A stretch of 64,000 nucleotides of DNA, from contig CAWCRS010000007.1 in the NCBI GenBank assembly GCA_963798085.1, positions 800,001 to 864,000 on the forward strand, in the 5' to 3' direction. Source of the stretch: an uncultured Gemmatimonadales bacterium. GTDB taxonomy: Bacteria > Gemmatimonadota > Gemmatimonadetes > Longimicrobiales > RSA9. Below the pieces are notes generated by a model, which worked only from the letters and a program-made list of their open reading frames with translations, was not told the DNA's origin and made no database searches. Position numbers and translations under genes: made by a program. Shown here piece by piece: positions 37,701 to 48,755 of this stretch (positions are counted from its first letter, which is position 1; each line of letters opens with the position of its first letter).

Positions 37701-39449
37701 TTGGTCGCCTTGTCGAATTCACGTTCATGCCCGCCAGGGCGCCGGCCCGGCGCGGCTTTGCGCGGCCTCGTGTGCGTCCCGTTGTTGTGCGGCGCCGCCA
37801 GTGCTGCTGCGCAGGTCAACGAACCCGCTCCCATCAAGGCCGGCCGTGTGCCGCCGCACGGCGTCTACGAGCCCGGCGTCAATGCGCTGCACTACCACAT
37901 TGTTATCCGGCTGCCGGACAGCGGCACCTATCTCCGGGGCGACGCCCGCATCGATGTGCGCGTCGTCGCACCCCGGCCGGACACGGTGTGGTTCGACTTC
38001 AGCGGGCTGGCGGTCACGTCCGCCAGCGTTGCGCTGGGAGCCGGTGCGGCGCAGACCGTGACTGCAAGGCTGGACGACGGCCGCGTGTATCTGCCAGTAC
38101 CGCGCAGCGCGCGCACGGGCGATACGCTGCGCGTGCACATCGCCTATGCCGGCACGCCCGATGACGGGCTGATCATCCGCAACAACGTGCACGGCGTGCG
38201 CACCGCGTTCGCCGACAACTGGCCGGACCGCGCGCGCTTCTGGTTCCCGTCCATCGATCACCCGAGTGACAAGGCCACCGCCGATTTCGAGGTGAACGCA
38301 CCCGCCGGCTGGGAAGTCGTGGCCAACGGGATGCGTCCCGCCACCTCGCCTGCACACTTCCAGGATCAGCCGCGCGACGGCATCTGGCGCTGGAGCATCG
38401 ACGTGCCCATTCCCACCTACACCATGGTGATCGGCGCCGCCGACTTCGCGGTCGGCCAGGTCACGCCGTGTGCGCATGGCGGCGTGACGAAGCTGCGCCC
38501 GGACGGCTGCGTGCCGGTCAGCTACTGGGTCTATCCGCAGGACAGTGCGCGCGCCGACAGCATTTTCCGCCGCGCCGGCCAGATGGTCGAGTACTTCAGC
38601 CAGCGCTTCGGCCCCTTCGCCTACGACAAGCTGGCGCACGTGCAGTCGGCCACGCGCTTCGGCGGCATGGAGAACGTGGGCGCTATTTTCTACGACGAGA
38701 AGGCAATTGCAAACGGCCGGTTGGGTGAAGGCACAGTGTCGCACGAAACCCTGCACCAGTGGTTCGGCGACGCCGTCACGGAGAGCGACTGGTCCCATCT
38801 CTGGCTTTCCGAGGGTTTCGCCACCTACTTCGGCATGCAGTTCTTCGAGCACGCCAATGGCGAAGCGAAGTTCCGCCAGCTGGTCGCGGCCTCGGGCAAG
38901 TCGTACATGAACTCGGACGTTACCGACATCGCCATCGTCGATACACTGGCCACGCCTTCCAACGACCTGTTTGCCCTGCTCAACGCCAACAGCTACCAGA
39001 AGGGCGGCCAGGTGCTGCACATGCTGCGCGGCCTGGTGGGCGACAGCGCCTTCTTCACGGGCGTGCGCAACTACTACCAGCAGCACGTCGACGGCAACGC
39101 GCTCACGCGCGACCTGCAGGCCGCGCTGGAGAACGCATCAGGGCAGAAGCTCGACTGGTTCTTCGACGAATGGGTCTACAAGCCCGGCTATCCCATCTTC
39201 CGCGTGGCGCACACGTGGGATGCGCCCGCGGGCGAAGCGGTCGTGACCGTCGAGCAGGTGCAGAAGGCCGCATGGCCTGCCTTCCGCATGCCCATCGAAT
39301 TCGCCTTCGACACGCCGCAAGGTGAGGTCAGGCGCAAGCTGGAAGTGTCGGGCAGGAAGACTGTGCTGCGCGTGAAGCTGTCCAGCGCTCCCACGGCAGT
39401 GCGGCTGGATCCGGACGGCTGGGTGCTGAAGCAGGTGCAGGGCGGGTGA
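37701..39449 (+). CDS. M1 family zinc aminopeptidase (secreted)
   Basis: GGMEN, HETLHQWFG, LWLSEGFATY, YQKG. Start uncertain. Confidence 0.93.
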   Translation: MVALSNSRSCPPGRRPGAALRGLVCVPLLCGAASAAAQVNEPAPIKAGRVPPHGVYEPGVNALHYHIVIRLPDSGTYLRGDARIDVRVVAPRPDTVWFDFSGLAVTSASVALGAGAAQTVTARLDDGRVYLPVPRSARTGDTLRVHIAYAGTPDDGLIIRNNVHGVRTAFADNWPDRARFWFPSIDHPSDKATADFEVNAPAGWEVVANGMRPATSPAHFQDQPRDGIWRWSIDVPIPTYTMVIGAADFAVGQVTPCAHGGVTKLRPDGCVPVSYWVYPQDSARADSIFRRAGQMVEYFSQRFGPFAYDKLAHVQSATRFGGMENVGAIFYDEKAIANGRLGEGTVSHETLHQWFGDAVTESDWSHLWLSEGFATYFGMQFFEHANGEAKFRQLVAASGKSYMNSDVTDIAIVDTLATPSNDLFALLNANSYQKGGQVLHMLRGLVGDSAFFTGVRNYYQQHVDGNALTRDLQAALENASGQKLDWFFDEWVYKPGYPIFRVAHTWDAPAGEAVVTVEQVQKAAWPAFRMPIEFAFDTPQGEVRRKLEVSGRKTVLRVKLSSAPTAVRLDPDGWVLKQVQGG

Positions 39450-39635
39450 GAGCCGTCACTCGTGCGCAGGGCAGACCATCTCCCTGATAGTCATACCCTT
39501 CACCAAGTTCCTCGAAGATGGGCTCACCGGAGAGGAGGCCCGGTGGCGGCATTGAACGCGCGATCTCCGTCGGTTCCTGCTGACGCGTCACGCAGTGCAT
39601 ACCGACCACCGGGAGCCCGCTCAGCAAGTCGCCAT

Positions 39636-40440
39636 CTAGAAGACTCTGTAGACCGCGATCTCCCAGATCGCGGACGGGTCATTGTCAAATGGGAACCAGT
39701 CGTAGTGGTACAGCGTGATTTCACCGCTCACGTGATCGAAGGTGACACTCGGCGTTTGCGGGTTGAGGTGGTACAGGGTTCCGGAATTCGCATCGCCGTC
39801 CCAGACGGCCATGTTTCCGGAAAGGTTCAGGCCAGAGATCACGTCGACGCGGTAGCGCCCAGCCCCGACAGGAATATGAATCGGGCCCGGTTGAATCAAA
39901 ACGCAGAAATATGGATTGGGGTCGCTGATGCACCCCCCGGCGTTGGCGCTATGCCGAGACGCTGAACTGATTGATGAGTTGCGTGGTCGATTGCGAGAAG
40001 ACGACGATCCAGCCCACGTCAGGTCCGAACTGCACGGTCGCTTCTGAACTCGACATCAGCGTGGTGTCGAGAACCTGTCCAGACACGCGTGTGAAGCGGT
40101 AGAGCAGGATCTTCTGAAATGTGTTCGAAGGATCAGAGATCATGACGCGTTGCCTTCTGTCGGATGTCAACGCGACGACTCTGCATTGTTGCGCTTCGAC
40201 GGCTACCATTGGGCCCGCCGGCAGTGACACATTGGGAGTTAGTGCCGCAACGGCGAACTCATGCGGCGCATTGCTGGTGGAATCCGTGCAGACAATCACC
40301 TGTGCAGCTGTGACCGGGGGGGCAACGAAAGCACTCGGCCGCCCTGGTGGTCCGGACGGGTCGTGCATTGTATCGCAGGCGACTCCAAGCCAGATACAGC
40401 CGGCAGCAATCAGTGAGCGGACAAAGACATGACGTGGCAT
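39636..40440 (-). CDS. Hypothetical lipoprotein, frameshift near 39950
   Basis: GGAGGT RBS, ATG 40440, lipobox-like GVAC; the frame continues as SANAGGCISDPNPYFCVLIQPGP...VYRVF in ORF 39636-39899. Confidence 0.6.
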
Positions 40441-40739
40441 GAAATACCTCCCGTTTGAGGGACAGGTTGGACTGTGGCACCCCTTGCACGCATCGACCAG
40501 GTTGACGCGCCAATCATGGCTGACGCGCGCACTTTCGGATGGGCGGACGGTTCTGTCACGGCAGCATGCGTCCCGAACACGCACGGGACGCGACTCCGCG
40601 ACGGCCCGCTGCGGGCGAGCGCGCAGGGGAGGGCTGGTTGACATGCTGAGCCGCTGCCGCCGCTCATGTTGATTCAGCAGTTACGGCCTACGTTTGTCGC
40701 CGCGAGCACGACGGATCAGACGTGGACAGTATTGACCGA

Positions 40740-41085
40740 AGCACGGTCGCTCATCCTGACACCAAGCTAGGATGTCACGTGAGATCCTCGTGAGATGGCT
40801 ACCAATAGTCTTCCGCAGCACACTTCCAACGTCGGTCTGACGTTGGCGACGCTGGCGATCCCGAGCTGATTCCGCTCGCCGGGAAGCAGCTCGGAATTAT
40901 CGTCTACCTCGCCTGCGCTCCGGGCCGCTCAGCTCACCGCGACCACCTCATTAATCAGCTCTGGGGAAACCTGCCGATGGAAGAGGGCGGGAGCGGCTGC
41001 GCAGCTGCTGACGAGATCGCGCGAAGATCGGCGAGGACTGCTTCGGGCCCCCAAGAGCGACCGCTCGTTCTCACGACACCGCTTC
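40740..41085 (+). repeat. Degenerate duplicate of 48700-49085 (upstream region and 5' end of the SARP-STAND gene)
   Basis: Long identical stretches (TCATCCTGACACCAAGCTAGGATGTCACGTGAGATCC...; ...CTCACGACACCGCTTC), with a 34-bp deletion and several single-base losses. Confidence 0.95.
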
Positions 41086-41816
41086 CGCTCTGGATCCGGA
41101 TCGACAATCTGAAGACGGGCGTAGCCTCGGGTGCGGGCTCGAAGGCCGTGCTGAATACCGCCTACGCCGTGTTCGCGCGTACGTGTGGTTTCGAGATCGA
41201 CCCGTGCCGCTCCCGCATGGCGTCGGACAAGGGCAAGACGGAGCGCAGCATCCGCATCTTCCGGGAGAGCTTCGGTGACCTCTTTCACGAAACGTGGTCA
41301 TCCTGTGAGGCGCTGCAGGCCGCACTCGATCAGCGCGCCGGGACCCTGCTCGACCGGCTGACCTGCCCGATCACAGGCACATCCGTACGCGAGACTCTGG
41401 AGATCGAGCGTGGGCATCTGCAACCGCTGCCCACCATGGACGAGCTGTTCGATGTGGTCGTCTCCAGGCGCGTGCAGCGCGATTGCCTGATCTCCTTCGA
41501 AGGACGGCGCTACAGCGTCCCCTTCGCATGGGTCGGGCGCAGCGTCGAAATCATGGGTACACTGCGCTGCGTCGTCATACGTGGCGATGGCCAGGAGATT
41601 GCGCGCCATCCGCGTCACACCCGGCAGCCGCTCCTCCTCGATCCGCTGCACTATGAAGGCGACTCTACTGATCGCGTGATCCGACCGACGCCCCTGGGTA
41701 TCCGCGGTCGGCTGCAGCTGGCCGGACTCTCTTCCGGTGCCCGCGCCGTGAGCATTCCCGAGCGTGTGCATTGGCCGCTCGACTGGTACGTGCGGCTCGT
41801 GGAGGCGTACCGATGA
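41086..41816 (+). pseudogene. istA: IS21 transposase IstA, 5'-truncated
   Basis: IDNLKTGV, KGKTERSI, DCLISFEGRRYSVP, IARH. Confidence 0.85.
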
Positions 41817-42649
41817 GCCGCGCACCCAAAGTCGATCTCGATGAGGTCGTGCAGAAGTGTACCGCGCTCGGTCTGGCGCATGCGGCCGAGTGCCTCACCG
41901 AGCTGGTGGAAGAAGGGACGCGAGACAATGCTCCCCCACTACGCTTCCTGGATCTCGTCCTCGAGCGCGAAATCGAATGGAAGACGGAGCGGCGCGTGGC
42001 CACTTCGCTCAAGCTCTCGGGCCTTCCCACCGGCAAGACGCTGGAAGGCTTCGACTGGACGTTCCAGCCGCGCGTCGATCGCGGCCGTCTCGAGGCGCTT
42101 GCCACCTGCGCTTTCATTCGACAGAAGGAGAACGTGCTGTTTCTCGGCCCGCCCGGTGTGGGCAAGAGCCACCTGGCCGTGGCCCTGGGCGTCAAGGCGG
42201 TCAAGAACGGTTTCAGTACCACTCACTTCGTGCTGGACGATCTCATGCATCAGCTGCGTGGGGACGCCGCCATTCCGCCCACCCGGCTCAAGGCCAAACG
42301 CTACCTGAACAGCGCGTTACTCATCATCGATGAAGTCGGCTTCCGCCCGCTCGACCGGCACGAGGCCAATCTCTTCTTCCGCCTGGTCAGCGCCCGCTAC
42401 GAGAAGGGGTCCATCGTGCTGACCTCCAACAAACATGTGCGCGACTGGCCCGAGATCTTCGCCGGCGACGAGATCCTCACCACTGCGATCCTCGACCGTC
42501 TGCTGCACCACGTTTACATTGTTCACATCGACGGCCGCAGCTATCGACTCCGAGACCTCGATGGCCTCCTGCAGCCTGCGGCGGGTCCCGACGGCTCCCA
42601 GCACCGGAAAGGAGGCATCAACAACGAACCAAAGCCGGGAGATGCGTAA
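41813..42649 (+). CDS. istB: IS21 helper ATPase IstB
   Basis: KTLEGFDW, GPPGVGKSHLA, LIIDEVG, RYEKGSIVLTSN, AILDRLLHH, GRSYR. Confidence 0.95.
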   Translation: MSRAPKVDLDEVVQKCTALGLAHAAECLTELVEEGTRDNAPPLRFLDLVLEREIEWKTERRVATSLKLSGLPTGKTLEGFDWTFQPRVDRGRLEALATCAFIRQKENVLFLGPPGVGKSHLAVALGVKAVKNGFSTTHFVLDDLMHQLRGDAAIPPTRLKAKRYLNSALLIIDEVGFRPLDRHEANLFFRLVSARYEKGSIVLTSNKHVRDWPEIFAGDEILTTAILDRLLHHVYIVHIDGRSYRLRDLDGLLQPAAGPDGSQHRKGGINNEPKPGDA

Positions 42650-43318
42650 ATCTTGATGTCCCCAGAGTGCGTAAATCTTCGTGTCCCTTTACACTTAGGG
42701 AGTGGTGGATGCGGTATTAGGTTTCAGCGATACAGTTACTGTTATTGTGTGTTAGTTAATGCAATGAGCTACGATTACGCTCGCGGAGGCAGCAATGTTC
42801 AAAGTTTAGCTCACGTACAGCATCTCGAGGGTTGCTCGTTGCAAGTTAGAGCGCGGATTCACTAAATGTCGGCGGTACGGGAGGTGGGGGAGCATCGACG
42901 ACTGGCATGGCTGAACTACGAAGTGAACAACTCGTACTGGACGGGTTAGTTGGCGAAGAAGCTCGCTAGCAAGTCGCGCGTGTTGTGGTGGGTTGATTCG
43001 CTGGGACGGTACATAGTAGGCAGGTTGGCATACGTTAGCGCAACATTGAAGCTAAAGCTCGCTGCAGTTCTCACTCTGAGGAAGGTGCTATCGGTTTGCG
43101 GCGCGCACAGGACGCTCGGGAGGATTCTCATTAAAGCGCGGGTTTTGGGAGCGACGGGTGTATCGTGCGTGGACGACGAAGACTTATCGTTTGATGAAAG
43201 AACTTGAGGCGTTGAACGGTGGGATTCTAACTGTTATCGAAGACTTCGTTGATCGTTTCGCGTAGGAGGCAGAACTGCTGCTGAACGAGTCGTTGCAGGC
43301 GAGCGGGCGCGCTGCTTC

Positions 43319-45819
43319 TCATGGCTGCGGTGCTTCGGGAGTGGCTGCAGTTGAACACTGGTTCAGAGCGCAGGTACTTCGGTGTTGTGAATCAAAGAAC
43401 TCCTCTGGTGTCGGGAAGTCTGTATACCCGAATGCAGCCTCCTCCCCCCAAAGCTGGAAGAAGTACTTTCTGTCGGGCTGCAAACCGCCAACGACATGGT
43501 CCAACTGTGCAGACCGAACACATAGGCGGGTGACAGTTGGAGGTAGCCGTACCCCAGTCTGTCGCGACTGCGTCGAGTCGGTCCAAAAGTAATCCACGTC
43601 GTATGGAAATCGCCGGCGGTCATTCCATTCAAGGTGGCGGTGGTCTGAGCTACGCTCGTCGCAGCGAGCGTCTTGACGGTCGGAACCGAGACCTTACGAA
43701 ATTGAGCGTCAGGGCAATGGTCACCGGTATTACCCCGGCGTGGCTGTGTTGATTGAGAATTCTGCGGCAAAACGGCTAATGCCGCCCAGGCTACAGATGC
43801 TAAAGTCTGGCCGTTCCAAGACACGATAACTTTCGTTGGCGTCGTCGTACTCTCCAACCTCGCGTCGACCAAGTGAGCGACTGTTGAGACTCGCATCGAT
43901 GAAGAACGAGAACGTTCCAGTCAACCTGACAGGGTCCCGGCTCCCGTGTTGCTGACAGGACGGTATCCGCAAGACTCTGGTACACATGGTGCGCCGCATC
44001 GTAGTACCAATAGTAGTCCCAATTTGTGCGGCTAGCAGCGCTACGACTGAGACCAATCCGGCCGGCAGGGGGTCGAAGGTCGCGGTCACGCTTCGTGTGG
44101 TGCTCATTGTGACAGCGCACGGCGCCGTGCCGCTGCACACACCACCGGTCCACCCACGAAGCGTGATCCTGCATCAGGAATTGGTGTGAGCGTCAGGGAT
44201 TGGCCTGGTCTATCATAAATGGCCGTGCAGGATGCGGTTACCGGGTTCGCGCATGTGCCGCCATTCGGGGCGGCGCTCAAGTCAATGTGGCCGCTGCCGC
44301 TTCCTGCAAGTGTAAGTATCAGCGTGTTCGTCGCTGCAACGGCGATAGTAAGCTTGACGTCGATTGTCGTAGGGAGAGAAATGGGCGGATGGATCGGTGC
44401 GTAACTACTGCTCCGACAGTGCCAGAAGCGAGCCCAGCGGCAACTGCGGCGAGTGTAAGTTCCGCTGGCGTTGTCGTCTGATTCAATGTTGCACGGAGCC
44501 AATTCTGACCGCTGACATCATACGCGATGGTGGTGCTCAGGCCGACGATGGGCGTCATTGGCGCTGGTTATCGGCAGAATCTGGGGCGGCGGATCGGCAC
44601 CGGGCGACGTTGAGAACTGAACTTGTGGCGAGGTGACCAAGCTGAATGGGAGCGTGACCGTCACGGTTGCAGACCCACTCACACCATCCGCCGTTGCAGT
44701 GATGGCCACAGTTCCGATGCCCAGGCCATTGACTAGTCCTGTGGTATTGACGCTAGCGACGGTCGGTATGCTTGAGGTCCAGATGATTGGACGGGTGACA
44801 ATCGTGCCCGACGCGGTTCGAATCTCGGCATCGAGCTGGACCGTTTCACCGACGCTGATCGTGGCCAGAGCCGGGGTAATGGCCACAGATGCGATCGGTT
44901 CGCTTAGCACTGTGACGGGCACCGTATCTGCACTGGGCGGTAGTGCGGCGGTGATGAACGCCCGCCCAGCGTTCAGGCCGCGTACCCTCCCGGTTGCATC
45001 CACGCTCGCTATCGACGTGGAGGAAGAGCGAAAATCCGGGCTGCGCTGAAGCACATTACTGTTCGCATCACGCGCGGTCCATTGTAGTGCGACTTCCTGG
45101 CCGGCTTGGATTGTTAGCACGCGGGGATCAATGGCGAGGGATCGGACGATGGCCGATACTCGGACGCGCAATGTAGCGCTGGTGTTCCCAACGGCCGCTC
45201 GGACATGCGCTTCTCCTTCTGTGATCGCTACGGCTACTCCGCTGACCGAAACGCGCAGGACCTGCGGATCGAGCGACGACCAGGAAGGGGACAGACCATG
45301 AATCGTATCGCGAGTGGCGAAGAGTGCAGCGCACTGCAGTCTCGAACTGTCTCCGATTGCGGTGATGGTCGGGAACGAATCGGGAATCGGAATGGCACTG
45401 ACGACCGGTGATAGCGTGACCTGCACTGACGTCGTCTGCGAGCGCTTAATCGCGAAGGTGGAGGAACCCTGGAACAGCGGCGCGGACTTGGCGAGGAGTT
45501 CTGTTTGAAGGTTGACCATAAGCGCCTCCGACCGGATGTCGACATCAATGCTGGCTTCGCGTGTGGCGCCTGAGCCGGAGAGCGTGACTGATTTGTCGAA
45601 CAGGACGCCGCCATCTGGTGTCGTCAAGTGGATGGTGGCAGCGTCGGCGCTGTCGAAAGCGGAAGCCGATCCAGGGGTGAGATTGAACTGCAGGGCGAGG
45701 GCGCCTGACGATCCGGCTGCAGGATCGACGAACAGTTTGCCGCAGCTGGCGAACATGGAAACAGCGGTCAGGGCCGCAATGCAAAGGCCGCCCAAAATAG
45801 GCCGATCCCGGTGGCTCAA
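43319..45819 (-). pseudogene. Large Ig-like (Big_2) surface lipoprotein, fragmented by several frameshifts
   Basis: Lipobox MFASC; three Big_2-like repeats (WSSLDPQVLRVSVSG, SSSTSIASVDATG, WTSSIPTVASVNTTG); later fragments resemble an InlB B-repeat (CSGTAPCAVTMSTTRSVTATF) and an FN3-like segment (TLAATSVAQTTATLNG). 3' end uncertain. Confidence 0.75.
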
Positions 45820-46953
45820 GAGGAACCTGGGAATCGCAGTGTGAAGCCGAGGTCGAAGCCGGTGAATCCAGTCTCCACACCTTCATGTACCAGAACGTTG
45901 CCGAACCGGACCCTGACGGCAGGTACCACGGTGACACCGCTTGCCAGTCGTATCTCTAATGCGTTCCCCACGTCGATCACGTATCCCTGGTCGCTGCCAT
46001 CGGCGCGACGAACGATTCTGATGTCACCATCCGGTCGGAGCACCGCGCCACGGATCGGCAAGCGGAACAATCCACCTGCGATAAAGAGCTCTTCGGAGGG
46101 GGCATCCCGCCCAACTTCAAGGAGAAATACGCCATGTGCACGGTAGAGAAAACCTCCGTAAAGCGTTCCGTTGCCTCCGCCTTTCGACGGGAATGTGTAG
46201 GAGGCGGTGACCAACTGACGGTTGCCGGAACGGTAGAGGTTGCGGCCGTTCACCTGATCGTCGCTGGACCGCTGAATCGTGGCCTGGATCGCAAGTTTGG
46301 CGGCCGGCCCGACGAGAACGTCGAGGGCGCCACGAAGGAGCAACTGATTACCGGGGCGGTAGGCAAACTGCTGACTATCGAGAATGTCGAACTCGCGACT
46401 TAGGACGTACGCGGCGCCGACGCCTGCGCCGACGCGCCCGAGAGACTGCGCGAACGTCGTAGACACGCCGAAACCGCCACCAGTGCTCCAGTTCGAGATG
46501 TTGAAGGGCGAGCAGGTCGGCCGCCACAGCTCCGGCGACTTGCGCCTGATCTTCGTTCTGTTTCTGTTTGCCGGTCGGTAGATCGGCGATAACGCCCACA
46601 TGTAAGCGTTCGGGGACAATCGTGGCCGTCAGCGCGACATCCGTGTTGGTCACACCGGAGAGTGTGGCCGTGGAGCCGTCTGACCGTATCAGCTCGCAGC
46701 GTGCGAAGTTGCCTGAGAGTTCGATCGCGAGCGCCCGGCTGAGTGAGACCCGACCGGCGAATGTGACCGTGAACAGCGCGAGCGACTTGATCCCCGTGGC
46801 TTCTGCGTGTCGGAAGTTATACGATTCGTAAGCCGCACCGCCCCCAATGATGGAAGTCAATGATTGTGCCTCGGCTGGCCGGCCCGGAAAAAGGCATACC
46901 GGAGCCGCGAATCCGAGAATGAAGCGCCGGTGCAGAAACAAACCCGCCCTCAA
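45816..46953 (-). CDS. Putative outer-membrane beta-barrel protein, frameshift near 46530
   Basis: Signal peptide, amphipathic beta-strands throughout, C-terminal GFDLGFTLRF; overlaps both neighbours by 4 bp. Confidence 0.65.
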
Positions 46954-48298
46954 TTCGACGGCCGAGTGAATATTATCCGCAAGATAGTGCGCAACGCGAC
47001 TCCCTCCGTTCCGAGGACCTCCGACGCAGGATCGCGCTGAGTCGGGATCAATCCACCAAGCGGATCAGCAATGAGAATCGTGGATTCCGGGAACGTCGTC
47101 GGCGTTGCAGAAGTCGCGGGTGTCAGCGTGGGGGTCTTCGAAGGTGCTGCCTGCGTGGTTTCCAATCGGACCCCCTCTTCCCGGACTGCCTTTTCTACGA
47201 GCGCTTCGACCAGCGTGTGCTGCGCTTCGGCTATGGCGCCGACAGCATACGCGTGCAACTGCGGAGATTGGAACCGCGGATCGAGGGTAACAGCGTCGGT
47301 ATAGTGTTGTCCCGCAAGCTGAAAATCACCTCGGTCCTCGGCTTCCAGGCCCAGGCCGAAGGCGAGTAGCGCCCTGATGTTGTCGGTCGGATGCTGCATG
47401 ACACGCTCGCGCTCGGCAACTGTCAGCTGGATCCCGAGCAACTCGTAAAGGGAGAGCGCAGTCGTTTTCTCCATCTCGAATAGACGGTCCAGCGGTGCGC
47501 GCGCGACGAAAGACAGCGAAGCGTTCGATCCCGCGTCGACGACTGGGACTACGATGGTTTGGAGTTGCAGATTGTCCTCGTTGCCTGTGACAGAACCCTG
47601 GACGACGCGGCCCGCTCGCAACATACGGCCGGGACGCAATGCGCTACTGGGATCAACGACGCCCTTCAGGGATAGCTGGATTTCATCAAGTAGCAGTTGA
47701 ACTTGAAGGCGTTCGAGCGCGTGCAGGCGGTTCGTCTGAGAAAGATCTGTGGTCAGCAATTCAGCAAGTGCACGGCCGAGGGGGCGTAACAGCGTGTCGG
47801 ACCCCTGATACAAGAATCCGAACACGGCAATTGTCCCGGGCCCGGGTTCCAGTGCACTTAGAGCCTGCTCGTTGGCGACGGTCGCCTTGACTTCGGCCTC
47901 CAACTCCTTCCGCCGGATGAACTGCAGGCGTCGACCAATCACGACCTTCATGTCGGCGGCGTGGCCCACTTCTAGGTAGCGCGCGTATGCCGCCCGTGCA
48001 CCGCTCCAATCTGCGAGGTCCTCACGCGTCAACCCAAGCAATAGAATGGGCCGGGCGCGTTCGGCTCACCCGCAGCAAGCCGCTCCAAGGTGTTTGCGGC
48101 GTCCAGGAACCGACCTGCACTTCGATAAGCTATCGCAAGTCTCAGGGGAGCTTTGTCGCTCGATCCCGAGCTCTGTACCTCGGATTCCAGGCGGCCGATG
48201 TCGACCGACGTGGCGGACGTACGATCCATTGCTCTTGGAGCGCAGCCAATGAGTAGGAGGAGACCGAAGCAGCGACGCTTCCAAATTTGGCGGTTCAT
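46950..48298 (-). CDS. TPR + CsgG/HfaB/TolB_N-like lipoprotein, frameshift near 48040
   Basis: Lipobox LLLIGC, TPR helices, IAVFGF...LAELLTTDLSQ...LERLQVQLLLDE...GRMLRAGRVVQGS. Confidence 0.72.
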
Positions 48299-48737
48299 CA
48301 CTGGCAACCAATGCGCAAAGACGATCCGAATCGCTCTGCGTCAGGAGGTTCGCTTTGAAGTCGCCCGCCGGTGTGAAGCGGCCCACAATGCAAGAGGCAT
48401 CCAGTCGGCGTGTTCGCCTGAGCGCGGGCGGCTGGCCGCCTGCTTCGCGTCGAGAGCTGGCTTTGACAACGGGTCCTAAAGCTTTGAACCCGTGTCTCAA
48501 ACCAGATCTGACCAAATGGCTTCAAAGACCACCTCGTGCCCATTCTGAGGACAAGGCACAGCCGTTGCTGACCTGCCTCGCGTGATGAACTACGTCGCAC
48601 GCTTGCCGCTGCATTGAGCCTTGCCGCCCCAGTCTCAAGGTCCTACCTTTGGAATTCCGAGCGCGAGGACCATGAGTGGACAGGCAGGCGGCGATCGGCA
48701 GCACGGTCTCTCATCCTGACACCAAGCTAGGATGTCA

Positions 48738-48755
48738 CGTGAGATCCTCGTGAGA
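48738..48755 (+). promoter_or_regulatory. Heptamer direct repeat with 11-bp period (SARP-type site candidate)
   Basis: CGTGAGA-TCCT-CGTGAGA, overlapping the ATG at 48755. Confidence 0.35.

Larger units (their letters stand above)
41086..42693 (+). mobile_element. IS21-family element, left end and istA 5' half missing
   Basis: istA remnant plus istB with ATGA overlap; right end has TGCGTAAATCTT twice (42643, 42668) and ends ...TTTACA. Confidence 0.9.

Noticed and set aside
40977..41816. Novel 279-aa fusion protein
   Set aside because: Chimera of a degenerate duplicate segment and a truncated istA; no RBS, and the transposase N-terminus is missing.
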